A stretch of DNA of 64,000 bases from an uncultured Verrucomicrobiae bacterium (GCA_963764165.1 CAVXRD010000002.1:2848001-2912000), one strand, 5' to 3'; counted from the stretch's first letter, positions 38,651 through 47,950 are shown. Notes: generated from the letters alone by a model not told the origin. Numbers and translations: made by a program.

Positions 38651-38704
38651 GTCACCTGCTTGTAACAATCCCACCCTTGATTTGACGTGAACCGCCGCTA
38701 ATCT
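38649..38704 (+). promoter_or_regulatory. Pho-box-like direct repeat plus putative sigma70 promoter of the porin gene
   Basis: TTGTCAC-N4-TTGTAAC (11-nt period), then TTGATT-N16-TAATCT. Confidence 0.5.
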
Positions 38705-38713
38705 CCCCTCTCG

Positions 38714-40300
38714 ATGCGCAACCAAACCCAACCGCTCCCGCAACGCACGCCTCGCGCGCTGGCGAATTTATTTCTAGGCATCTTTTGCACCGCTTCTGTT
38801 TCGATTTTTGGCCAGACCAATGCCGTGACGCACAACGACCCTCTGGTTGACCTGCTCATCAAGAAAGGCTTTGTCACCGTGGAAGAAGCGCAGGCGCTGC
38901 GCACGGAATCCGATGCGGTTAAAACAAATTCCGCCAATACCGCCTCCTTCTCCAAATGGCGCATCAGCGATGGCGTGAAGACGGTTGAACTTTATGGCGA
39001 CGTTCGCATGCGCTACGAGAGCCGCGACGTGCGCACCGAAGATGGCGGGAGGGTGGACTTGGACCGCTATCGCTATGCCGTGCGCATCGGGCTGCGCGGC
39101 GACCTGGCGGACGATTTTTACTATGGCTTGCGGGTGGAGACTGCGTCGAATCCGCGCTCGCCGTGGGTGACGTTTGGTACCTCCACCTCCACCAGCGGGG
39201 GCATTTATAATGGGCCGTTCGGGAAAGGCAATAATGGCGTTGGAATCGGGCTTGTTTACCTGGGCTGGAAACCGAATAGCAATATCGACCTCCAAGTTGG
39301 CAAAATCAGCAACCCGCTTTATACGACGCCGATGGTGTGGGATTCCGACCTCAATCCGGAAGGCGCCGCCGAGCGCTTCCACTATCAAATCGGACCGGCG
39401 GATTTCTTCGCGAATTTTGCGCAGTTCATCTACCTGGACGACAACCCCGGCACGAATACGGCTGGTCTTCTCGGCATCAATGACACGGGGCGCAACGGCA
39501 ACACGCCGTTCATGATGGCTTGGCAGGGCGGGTTGAAATACACGTTCAACAAGGATGTCAATTTCAAGGTCGCCGGAACGCTCTACAATTACCTCGGCCA
39601 CGGAACAAACAACTCCGGGGTCGGCCCGTATCCCGGCAGTCCTGGATTCTCGGATATATATGTCGGCGAAGGCACGGCAATCCCGGTCGCTGGCGCCAGC
39701 GGGTATCCGAACTCCGCCGGCACAGATGGCTTTTCTTACAACCAAACCGGAATCAATAACTTGCTCGTGTTGGAATTTCCATTTGAAGTGAACTTCAGGC
39801 TGTGGAAGGAGCGCGCCCGAATCTTCGGCGACTTTGCCGAAAACCTCGATGGCTCTGCGCGCGCGGAGGCTGCCGTCGCGGCCGCCGCCGATTCAACGAT
39901 CTATCCCCAGGCGCTGCACATTCCGCTCCAGCGCGATCAATACAAGGCTTATCAGTTCGGCGTGGCGATCAATAACAGCGACGACTTCGGCCTCAATTAC
40001 GGGACCAGGTCGCAAAAGGGCGCCTGGGAAGCGCGCTTTTACTGGCAGCACATCGAGCAATACGCCTTGGATCCCAACTTGCTTGACTCGGATTTCTTTG
40101 AAGGGCGCGGCAACATGCAGGGCTTCTACGCCGCATTGAGCTACGGCATCACCAGCGCCATGATTGGCACGGTTCGCTACGGCTACGCCAGCCGCATCGA
40201 CAGCAAACTCGGCACCGGCGGCAGCAACCAGGACGTCCCATGGGTCAACCCGATCACTCAATACAACTTGCTCCAGTTGGACCTGACGATGAAGTTTTAG
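38714..40300 (+). CDS. Putative outer-membrane porin (Porin_5-like)
   Basis: LVDLLIKKG..EEA N-terminus, GDVRMRYE, RYRYAVRIG, WDSDLNPEG, LDSDF, C-terminal QLDLTMKF. Confidence 0.85.
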   Translation: MRNQTQPLPQRTPRALANLFLGIFCTASVSIFGQTNAVTHNDPLVDLLIKKGFVTVEEAQALRTESDAVKTNSANTASFSKWRISDGVKTVELYGDVRMRYESRDVRTEDGGRVDLDRYRYAVRIGLRGDLADDFYYGLRVETASNPRSPWVTFGTSTSTSGGIYNGPFGKGNNGVGIGLVYLGWKPNSNIDLQVGKISNPLYTTPMVWDSDLNPEGAAERFHYQIGPADFFANFAQFIYLDDNPGTNTAGLLGINDTGRNGNTPFMMAWQGGLKYTFNKDVNFKVAGTLYNYLGHGTNNSGVGPYPGSPGFSDIYVGEGTAIPVAGASGYPNSAGTDGFSYNQTGINNLLVLEFPFEVNFRLWKERARIFGDFAENLDGSARAEAAVAAAADSTIYPQALHIPLQRDQYKAYQFGVAINNSDDFGLNYGTRSQKGAWEARFYWQHIEQYALDPNLLDSDFFEGRGNMQGFYAALSYGITSAMIGTVRYGYASRIDSKLGTGGSNQDVPWVNPITQYNLLQLDLTMKF

Positions 40301-40359
40301 GGCCGCGTCCCATTCGACCCATTCGTCCTATACGAATCAAGGCGGCGAGCCGCCTGCGG

Positions 40360-41220
40360 TCAATCGCTCGCGCGCTGGAATTCCACGGCATGGCCGTGCC
40401 AGATCATTCCTAATCTGTCCGCCGGAACAAGAGCCTTGCCGGAATTTGGATTCCAGATTTCCAGCACATCGCCCAAGCGCTTCGCGTAAACCACCGCATG
40501 CGTATCGCCCGAAATAAACAGCATCGCCGGCGGATGCACCGTCTCAATGCCGTTCGTCGCGTCGAGCTTCTTTCCGATGATTCCAATTTTTTTCATCCCC
40601 CCGATGGCCTGCGCGGGAAATGTGCCGTCGCGGGTGGTGTGGAACAGCGCGACCAATTCTTTTTCTGTCGTATGAATTCCCAGGATGGCCGCAATATTGG
40701 CCGCCGAGGCAGGCACGCACGTGTAGGCGCTGGTTTGCAGAATGACGCCATCTGGAGAAATCCGGGTGTCCGCCAGCGGAGGCAGATTGGGCCGCGACAC
40801 CCACGCCGCGTAACATTGGATGAACACGAGAACCGCGACACCGAAAACCGCCGGCGCGCTTCTCGCCCGATTCGCCATCGCCAATGCAGCGGATGAACAG
40901 AATCCAAAAACATACGCGAGCAATCCGCTAATCGTTCCCCACGACAGCGCAGCCCAATGCAATTGGAGCCAAACCGGCATGTCCCACTGAATATCCGGAT
41001 GGACTCCGACGTAAACATTCGCGTAAGACACCGCCAGCAGCAACGGCAGCAGGACAAACAAATGCGCCGTCCCGCCCACCAAGGCTTGCATGGAGGCGGA
41101 CGGGCTTTGCCTTCGCCGCCGTCGGCAAACCATCACACCTCCCGCCCAGCAAAGGAGGATGCCCACCCACTGCCAAATATATTCTGACGCGTTCGTGCCA
41201 GACAGTAGCACCATGTGCAT
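40360..41220 (-). CDS. Membrane protein with C39-like cysteine peptidase domain
   Basis: About 4 TMs, then LQTSAYTCVPASAA (Q..C), DGT, HAVV, IWNP. Confidence 0.7.
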   Translation of the reverse strand: MHMVLLSGTNASEYIWQWVGILLCWAGGVMVCRRRRRQSPSASMQALVGGTAHLFVLLPLLLAVSYANVYVGVHPDIQWDMPVWLQLHWAALSWGTISGLLAYVFGFCSSAALAMANRARSAPAVFGVAVLVFIQCYAAWVSRPNLPPLADTRISPDGVILQTSAYTCVPASAANIAAILGIHTTEKELVALFHTTRDGTFPAQAIGGMKKIGIIGKKLDATNGIETVHPPAMLFISGDTHAVVYAKRLGDVLEIWNPNSGKALVPADRLGMIWHGHAVEFQRASD

Positions 41221-41274
41221 ACCACCTCAAACAGGAGCATGCCCCATACGGTGGCGGCACGGCCTTTTGATCTG

Positions 41275-41373
41275 AATTTGAACAGGAGGAAGACCGAGGG
41301 CGCAGAGGAAAAGGCCCTTTTCCCACAGACGTCTTTTCATCTCTGCGCCATCTATCTTTCTCCTGTTCAAATT
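41275..41373. repeat. REP-like family C copy 2
   Basis: AATTTGAACAGGAGGAAGACCGAGGGCGCAGAG ... CTCTGCGCC..CTCCTGTTCAAATT. Confidence 0.75.
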
Positions 41374-41534
41374 TTTCGGCGATGGTGTTCGATTTTGAAT
41401 TGGCGTCGGCAGGGCACTGCGGCATTCTTATTGATGAGGCGGTTAAATCCGCTCAGGACGCGAGTAAAGACTTCAATCATGGCCGCCGCGAAATAAACGA
41501 AAGAACTGAGCACTCAGCTTTTAGCCGACTTTAA

Positions 41535-41753
41535 ATGGAAGAAATGAAACCCAGGCCGGAAGCAAGACTCATGGGTGGCCCACTGGATGGGATGACTTGG
41601 TGTTTGCGCGCAGAATCAGCTCAAAAACTCCAAATTGCATTTATGGAGATGCAGAAAGATGGTTCCATGAGTGAAACATCACGCGTAACGTACGCTCAAA
41701 GGCCGCAGAATCCACTGGAGTACGAATTCAGTGCTTATGACATTTTGGATTGA
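41535..41753 (+). CDS. Small hypothetical protein with GGPLDG motif
   Basis: 72 aa; RLMGGPLDG...Y..Y pattern seen in small uncharacterised proteins. Confidence 0.5.
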   Translation: MEEMKPRPEARLMGGPLDGMTWCLRAESAQKLQIAFMEMQKDGSMSETSRVTYAQRPQNPLEYEFSAYDILD

Positions 41754-41912
41754 AATTAGGACACTACGTTTTCAGTTGTCCCCAGTTCTGGTGACTTTGA
41801 AAAATGCGCGGCTGGACTATCTTCAACCCAGCGAACGGCGCCGTGGGTCGGAAGGGTGTGTCCCGAGTCACGATGGCCGCCAAAATACAATTTCCGTTGT
41901 TTGTTCTCATAA

Positions 41913-41950
41913 ACGGGGGTCGAGCGAAAGTTCGGCCCTCGTTTTTTTAT
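41913..41950 (+). terminator. Intrinsic terminator-like hairpin
   Basis: ACGGGGGTCGAGC-GAAA-GTTCGGCCCTCGT (G-U pairs) followed by a T run. Confidence 0.65.
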
Positions 41951-41982
41951 GTCCTCGATTTTTTTCAAGGAGTGAGGAGCTT

Positions 41983-42119
41983 TCTTTGTGTTGCTCTGCG
42001 CACTCATCTTCTCTGCGCGAGAGTTTTTTTCCCAAGCTGCGGGATCTCATTGGGTTTCCATCGTGGCATTAAACGCAGTCTCGCGCAGAGCCGCAGAGAA
42101 CGCGGAGTTCCTTCGCCGA
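41983..42119 (-). repeat. Repeat family B copy 2 (shorter internal segment)
   Basis: CTCTGCGCACTCATCTTCTCTGCGCGAGA identical to 28752-28780; the right arm and GCATTAAA segment are also shared. Confidence 0.8.
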
Positions 42120-42172
42120 GCCTATAATAAATCTGACACCGCTATTCCACCGAATCGCCAGGAAACCCTTTC

Positions 42173-43417
42173 TTATCCCGCCAGCCGCCACAGCATTTCG
42201 GTGAGCACCGCGACCCCCTTTTGGATCTGCTCTGGGGTCGAATACTCGTCCGGGCGATGACTCACGCCGCCGCGGCAAGGGATGAACAACATGGTCACCG
42301 GGCAAATTTGCGCCATGAACAGCGTGTCGTGATAGGCGCGGCTGATCAGCTTCCGCCCCTTCAATTTCAATGCGCCGCAAACTTCCGCGCCGAGAGCCAC
42401 CAACGCCGGATCGCAAATGGCGGGTGAATCGACGTTGACGCGCTCCAATTCCAACGCGATGCCTCGGGCTTCGCATATGGCCGCGGCTCCGGTTACGATT
42501 TCGCGGAGCGCGGCGTCGCGAGTGGTGAGGTTTGTATCGCGCAAGTCGATTTCCAGGTAGGCGCGGCATGGGACGCTGTTGACCGCGCTAGGTTCGATCT
42601 TGAAAACGCCCGTCGTGCCAACCGTGTCCGGGCTGCCGCTGGATTTGGCTGCCTTCTCGACGGCGAGCGCAATCTCCGCGCCAGCCAGAAGCGCATCGTG
42701 GCGTTCCGGCATCAGAACCGCGCCCGCGTGGCCGCCGACACCCGTCAGGCGCATCCGCAAAGATGACGGCGCGGCGATTTTTTCCACGATGCCAATGTCC
42801 AACCCGTCGTTCTCCAAAACTGGACCTTGTTCAATGTGCAATTCCACAAAGGCCGCGTAAGAATCCTTCCCCAAACGCACGGAATCGAGTCCGCCCGTCA
42901 TTCCCGCGCGGCTGCGCCAGAACTCCAAATCGCGACCTTCGCTGTCACGCAAGGTTGCGATTCTTTCCGGCGCGAGCGTCCCTGCAAGCACGCGGCTTCC
43001 CAGACAACCAAGCCCGAACCGAGTCGGCTCTTCAGCGGTGAAAACGATCAACTCAATGGAGCGCTGCGGTTTGAATCCCGACGTTTGCAGGGCGCGGATC
43101 GCCTCCAGCGCGCCGAGCACTCCGACGACGCCATCGTATTTTCCGGCATTCGGAATTGCGTCGATATGGGAACCGGTGGCGACGGGCGGCAATTCGGGCC
43201 GCGCGCCTTCCCACCGTGCGAAAATATTGCCGATCGCGTCTTCGCGCACATTAAGTCCGGCTTGCAGAAAGCTGGATTTGACAACGGTGCGGGCCTTGAG
43301 GTCTGCCTCCGAGAACAATACCCGGGTCACCACCGGCGCGGGATTTTCGGAAATCTGCGCCAGCGCGTCGATCTCGCATTGGAGCCGGCCAATATTAATT
43401 GAGTCCGCGAAACTCAC
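42173..43417 (-). CDS. M20 amidohydrolase, ureidoglycolate amidohydrolase-like
   Basis: VTRVLF, ATGSHIDAIP..GKYDGVVGVLG, EEPTRFG, ELHIEQGP, ISRAYHD, FIPC..SH; GTG 43417 overlaps the allE stop. Confidence 0.85.
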   Translation of the reverse strand: MSFADSINIGRLQCEIDALAQISENPAPVVTRVLFSEADLKARTVVKSSFLQAGLNVREDAIGNIFARWEGARPELPPVATGSHIDAIPNAGKYDGVVGVLGALEAIRALQTSGFKPQRSIELIVFTAEEPTRFGLGCLGSRVLAGTLAPERIATLRDSEGRDLEFWRSRAGMTGGLDSVRLGKDSYAAFVELHIEQGPVLENDGLDIGIVEKIAAPSSLRMRLTGVGGHAGAVLMPERHDALLAGAEIALAVEKAAKSSGSPDTVGTTGVFKIEPSAVNSVPCRAYLEIDLRDTNLTTRDAALREIVTGAAAICEARGIALELERVNVDSPAICDPALVALGAEVCGALKLKGRKLISRAYHDTLFMAQICPVTMLFIPCRGGVSHRPDEYSTPEQIQKGVAVLTEMLWRLAG

Positions 43418-44157
43418 GGGGCGCGATTGACGTCTTTGTAATAAATATAACTTGCCGGTTCGCTGCCCATCGCCACAAACCATTGCAGACAATACGGAGC
43501 CATCCAAATCACGTCGCCGGCCTGCACGGGATGCCAGTCCGCGTCGAGCCGGTAGATGCCCTGGCCTGCGAGCATCATCAGGCCGTGCTCCATGATATGC
43601 GTTTCGACGAACGGCAATGTTGCGCCGGGCTGGTAGGTAAAAATGTTGACGGCCATGTCAAACCTAAGATCGTCCGGCAGCAGCGTTTGCAGGAGCGCAT
43701 CCTTGTTTCCGAGGAACGGTTTGCCTTCGACATTGGCGGCGTCTCCGATGACAATCTCGGGCATTTCCACCCCGGCCAGCGACTCGAATGTTTTTTGGAA
43801 AATCAGCAGGCGCGCGCCTTTGCCGCTGGTGAATTGATATTTTGTCTTGGATGGGACATAGGCAAATCCGCCCGCGCCCAGACTGTGCCGCGCGCCGTCA
43901 AGAAAAGCCGCGCATTTGCCTTCGAGAACATAAACCAACAGCTCGCGCGACCCTGTTTCGCCAAGGCCTTCCCCGCCCTTCGCCAGCATGATTTCGTATT
44001 GACACATCCGCGCTCCCATCGCGGGCGAAATTTGCACGATGACGGAGGCATTGTTCCAGCCTGGGAGGCGGCTGGGCACAAAGCCCGAAGGAGTGCGAAG
44101 AGCGTAAAGAGGCTTGACCACGTCCCGCGTATGCCCAAACAGTTGCTTTGCTTTCAT
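43414..44157 (-). CDS. allE: (S)-ureidoglycine aminohydrolase (bicupin)
   Basis: FDMAVNIFTYQPG..PFVETHIMEHG..G.GIYRL..W..GDVIWM..CLQWF..YIYYKDVNR. Confidence 0.92.
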   Translation of the reverse strand: MKAKQLFGHTRDVVKPLYALRTPSGFVPSRLPGWNNASVIVQISPAMGARMCQYEIMLAKGGEGLGETGSRELLVYVLEGKCAAFLDGARHSLGAGGFAYVPSKTKYQFTSGKGARLLIFQKTFESLAGVEMPEIVIGDAANVEGKPFLGNKDALLQTLLPDDLRFDMAVNIFTYQPGATLPFVETHIMEHGLMMLAGQGIYRLDADWHPVQAGDVIWMAPYCLQWFVAMGSEPASYIYYKDVNRAP

Positions 44158-44262
44158 AGCCGCCTACATTTGTGACGCGTAAATGTTAAATCGTAAACAG
44201 CAAACTGCGGATGCCCCGGGCGGCGCGTGTGATTGGACGTGGGTGATGGCCGAAGGCCGGAA

Positions 44263-44501
44263 GGCGGAGCGCGCCTGTGTCGAAGACCAGCCGCAGCAAC
44301 ACTCAAACGACCGAAAACGAATGTGCTTGTGGCCATCTCTCCAAAAAATATATCAAAACTTCGTCACTGCGACGGACGAGCCGTGGCTTTCTTTCCAAGG
44401 TGCCCCATGTTTCAAAAAGGCTGCGGCTGGTCTTCGACACAGCCGCGCTCCGCTCAAAGCAAATCGGTGGCAATCTGACTTATGCCTCACCCCCTTTTAA
44501 T
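44263..44501 (+). repeat. MITE/REP-doublet family A copy 2; overlaps the queE start
   Basis: Arms at 44264-44297 and about 44420-44453; spacer and tail homologous to 31352-31591. Confidence 0.85.
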
Positions 44502-45276
44502 CCCACCCACCGGCGGCAGCGAAACTCCGGCTGCCGACACTCTGGTCGTCAACGAGATTTATATCAGCGTCCAGGGCGAGAGCACGTGGGCCGGGCTGCC
44601 GTGTGTCTTCGTGCGGTTGACTGCGTGCAATTTGCGCTGCTCGTATTGCGATACCGCCTACGCCTTCACCGAAGGCCGCGAGATGGCCATGGCCGACATC
44701 CTCGCCCGCGTGGCGGAATTATCCAAGCCGTTCGAGAACATTCCAGGAAAAGGGATGCCTGGCTTCCGATTGCCGCTTGTGGAGCTGACTGGAGGAGAGC
44801 CTCTCTGGCAGAAGAATTCTTTGGAACTCATGCGCCTGCTCTGCGACGCCGGGTTCCAGGTGCTGGTGGAAACCAGCGGCGCGCTGGACATCGCGCCCGT
44901 TGATTCGCGAGTCTCGCGCATCATGGATCTCAAATGCCCGAGCAGCGGCGAGGTCAGGCGGAATCGCTGGGAGAATCTTCAGAATTTGACTCATACGGAC
45001 GAAGTCAAATTTGTCATTGGAACGTGGCAGGATTACCAATGGGCCAAGGAAATCGTCTTGACGAGAAACCTGGCCGGCATTTGCCCAATACTTTTCTCAT
45101 GGGTCGCGCCGCTCTTGGAGCATCAGCGGGACAAATCCCTGCGGGCCGTGCCGGCGGGCCAAACGCCGATCACGCGGCAGGAATTGGTGGAGAAAATCGT
45201 GGCCGACGCGCTGCCCGTCCGCTTTCAATTGCAGATGCACAAATTCATCTGGCCGCCGGATCAGAAGGGTGTTTGA
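44482..45276 (+). CDS. queE: 7-carboxy-7-deazaguanine synthase (radical SAM)
   Basis: VNEIYISVQGES, FVRLTACNLRCSYCDT, TGGEPL, ETSG, KFVI, QLQMHK. Confidence 0.9.
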   Translation: MPHPLLIPPTGGSETPAADTLVVNEIYISVQGESTWAGLPCVFVRLTACNLRCSYCDTAYAFTEGREMAMADILARVAELSKPFENIPGKGMPGFRLPLVELTGGEPLWQKNSLELMRLLCDAGFQVLVETSGALDIAPVDSRVSRIMDLKCPSSGEVRRNRWENLQNLTHTDEVKFVIGTWQDYQWAKEIVLTRNLAGICPILFSWVAPLLEHQRDKSLRAVPAGQTPITRQELVEKIVADALPVRFQLQMHKFIWPPDQKGV

Positions 45277-46559
45277 TGAGGCGCTCAAAAGCCAAATCCA
45301 AGCGTGTGCTTGACCTGCTGCGCGCCTGCGAGTCGCCGAACATGCTCTGGATCGAAGAGGATGGCTCGTGGCCCATCGTGTGGGACAGGGCGCGGGGCAC
45401 GCGGGTTTGGGACGTGGACGGCAGGCAGTATCTCGACTTGACTGCGGCATTTGGCGTGGCGGCGGCGGGACACGCGAACCCGAAGGTGGTCGCGGCGGGA
45501 CAGCGGCAGTTGAAGCTGCTGCCGCACGCGATGGGAGACGTCCACCCGCATGCGCCGAAGGCGGAACTTGCGAGGGAATTGAGCCAATTGACTTTCGAGA
45601 AATGGAGCGGCGGAAAATTCGCGGCGAAAGTCATCTTCGGCAACTCGGGATTTGAGGCGGTCGAGGCCGCGTTGAAAACCGCCATGCTGGCCACCAAGCG
45701 GCGCGGGATCATCGCCTTTCAAGGCGCCTACCACGGACTCGGCTACGGCGCTCTCAATGCAACCCATCGCGGAATGTTTCGCGATCCGTTCCAATCGCAA
45801 TTGGGACGATTCGGAAAATTTGTTCCGTTCCCGAAATGCGCCGATCAATTGCCCGTCCTGCGGGCGCAAATCACCAAACTGCTTTCATCACAAACCGTTG
45901 GCGCGATTGTCGTGGAGCCAATCCAGGCCCGCGGCGGAACGAACGTGCCGCCGGACGATTTTCTTCCGATGCTGCGGGAATTATGCGACGCGCACGGCGC
46001 CTTGCTTGTGCTCGACGAAATCTACACCGGTTTCGGCCGCACCGGCGCGTGGTTTGCCTGCGAATCCAGCGGCGTCATTCCCGATTTGATCTGCCTGGGC
46101 AAGGCGCTGACAGGCGGTTATCCCCTGTCCGTGTGCGCGGGGCGGGCGGATATTATTGACAGCGCCTGGCCCCGCTCGGCGGGCGAAGCGATTCATACGA
46201 GCACGTTCCAGGGAAACCCCGTTGGCTGCGCAATGGCGCTGGCGCAGATCGGCGAACTTCGCTCGAGAAACCTGCCGAAACGCGCGGCGGAGCTTGGAGT
46301 TTATTTGACAGAAAAATTGAAAAGCGAAATTTTGCCGATGGCTGGCGGCGAAGCGCGCGGGCGCGGATTGATGGTCGGCTTGGAAATTCCCGGTGGCGGC
46401 TCCCGCTCGCTGGGCGCAATCAAAGAAATGCTGCAGCGCGGATTCATCATGCTGCCCGAAGGAGCCCGGGGTGAAGTCATCAGTTTCACGCCGCCGCTGA
46501 CAATTTCCCGCGCGGAATTGAATTCGGCAGTGGATGCGTTGAAGGAGGTGCTGTCATGA
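45276..46559 (+). CDS. Class III PLP aminotransferase (GabT/ArgD-like)
   Basis: WDVDGRQYLD, NSGFEAVE, EPIQARGG, DEIYTGFGRTG, LGKALTGG, STFQGNP. Confidence 0.92.
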   Translation: MRRSKAKSKRVLDLLRACESPNMLWIEEDGSWPIVWDRARGTRVWDVDGRQYLDLTAAFGVAAAGHANPKVVAAGQRQLKLLPHAMGDVHPHAPKAELARELSQLTFEKWSGGKFAAKVIFGNSGFEAVEAALKTAMLATKRRGIIAFQGAYHGLGYGALNATHRGMFRDPFQSQLGRFGKFVPFPKCADQLPVLRAQITKLLSSQTVGAIVVEPIQARGGTNVPPDDFLPMLRELCDAHGALLVLDEIYTGFGRTGAWFACESSGVIPDLICLGKALTGGYPLSVCAGRADIIDSAWPRSAGEAIHTSTFQGNPVGCAMALAQIGELRSRNLPKRAAELGVYLTEKLKSEILPMAGGEARGRGLMVGLEIPGGGSRSLGAIKEMLQRGFIMLPEGARGEVISFTPPLTISRAELNSAVDALKEVLS

Positions 46560-47377
46560 AACTATCCGAAATGAAAAGCGCGCTTGCCGAACACGATTTG
46601 ACGCTGACCAAATCGCTCGGCCAGAATTTTCTGCACGATCAAAATCAAATCCGGCGCATCGTGGACGCGGCCGAAATTGCGCCGTCCGATAAAATCCTGG
46701 AAATCGGACCGGGCCTGGGACCGTTGACAGAACTGTTGGCTGCAAAGGCCGGCGAGGTCCTGGCCATCGAGAAGGACAAGCGTTTATTTGACTTTCTCGA
46801 AAGGAGATTTTCCGGCGCGGCTTCGTTGAAATTGCTGTGCGGGGATGCCCTTGATTATGTGAAGGAAAATCGAAATTGGGCCGGCTGGAAACTGGTGGCC
46901 AATCTGCCCTATTCCGTGGCTTCGCCGATATTGATCGAGCTGGCATGGGCAGACGCGCCGCCGGAAAGCCTGACCGCGACCTTGCAGCTCGAAGTGGTGG
47001 AGCGAATCGCCGCCGGCGCGGGCGATGACCATTACGGATTGATGAGCCTGTTCATGCAATTGCGCTATGAAGTGCGGACATGGTTCAAGATTCCCGCCAC
47101 CTGCTTTTTCCCGGCCCCTGACGTTGATTCCGCGTGCGTTATTTTACAGAAGCGGAAGGTCGCCGTATTGCCGCAGCATTTGCACCGGAATTTCATGCGT
47201 GTTGTGAAGCGCGGTTTTTCACAGCGGCGCAAAATGATGCTGAAGCTGTTGAAGCAGGATTGGATGCCGGATAAATTGCAGGCGGGTTTTGCCGCCGCCG
47301 GGATTTCCCTCCAGGCGCGGGCGGAACAAGCGAGCTTGGAGCAATTTGCGCGTTTGACAGAATTGATTTCAAAATGA
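46556..47377 (+). CDS. rsmA: 16S rRNA m6,2A dimethyltransferase
   Basis: KSLGQNFL, LEIGPGLG, ANLPY, F..QRRKM. Confidence 0.95.
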   Translation: MKLSEMKSALAEHDLTLTKSLGQNFLHDQNQIRRIVDAAEIAPSDKILEIGPGLGPLTELLAAKAGEVLAIEKDKRLFDFLERRFSGAASLKLLCGDALDYVKENRNWAGWKLVANLPYSVASPILIELAWADAPPESLTATLQLEVVERIAAGAGDDHYGLMSLFMQLRYEVRTWFKIPATCFFPAPDVDSACVILQKRKVAVLPQHLHRNFMRVVKRGFSQRRKMMLKLLKQDWMPDKLQAGFAAAGISLQARAEQASLEQFARLTELISK

Positions 47378-47880
47378 GCGAGGAAATATTTGACATAGTC
47401 AACGAACGGGACGAGGTGATCGGACAGATGCCGCGCTCCCAAGTGCATCGCGAAGGCCGTCGGCACAGGGCCATCCATGTGCTGGTTTTCAACAAACGCG
47501 GCGAGGTTTTTCTGCAAAAACGCTCCACGCGCAAGGATCGTTTTCCCGGTGCTTGGGATTCGTCGTCTTCCGGCCATGTGGATCACGGCGAGGATTATGA
47601 CGCATGCGCGATTCGGGAATTAAGGGAGGAAATCGGCTTGGCTGCGGATGGCCCGTTGAAGCGCCTCTTCAAAATTGATGCCTGCGCCGAAACTGACCAG
47701 GAATTTATTTGGGTCTATCGAACGGAATCCGAAGGGCCATTCGAGTTGAACACGGATGAAATTGAACGGGGCGAATGGTTTACACCAGAGCAAACCACGG
47801 CCCTGATTGCGTCACCACCAAGGGAAGTTGCCGATGCGTTCGTCTTGATTTGGAAGAAAGTCTCCGGTTTGACGCCATAA
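47374..47880 (+). CDS. NUDIX hydrolase (IDI-like)
   Basis: HRAIHVLVF, LQKRS..KD.FPG.WD, GHVDHGE..AIRELREEIG. Confidence 0.88.
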   Translation: MSEEIFDIVNERDEVIGQMPRSQVHREGRRHRAIHVLVFNKRGEVFLQKRSTRKDRFPGAWDSSSSGHVDHGEDYDACAIRELREEIGLAADGPLKRLFKIDACAETDQEFIWVYRTESEGPFELNTDEIERGEWFTPEQTTALIASPPREVADAFVLIWKKVSGLTP

Positions 47881-47896
47881 TCCGTGCTGAAAAAGC

Positions 47897-47927
47897 AAAA
47901 GGCCCGAATTGCTTCGGGCCTTTCTTG
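47897..47927. terminator. Bidirectional intrinsic terminator
   Basis: AAAAGGCCCGAA-TTGC-TTCGGGCCTTTC between convergent genes. Confidence 0.8.
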
Positions 47928-47950
47928 AAAACCAAGTGTGAAACCAGAAA

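Noticed and set aside
41913..41950. Group II intron domain V or riboswitch
   Set aside because: It lacks the catalytic triad/bulge and any aptamer context; it fits a simple terminator.
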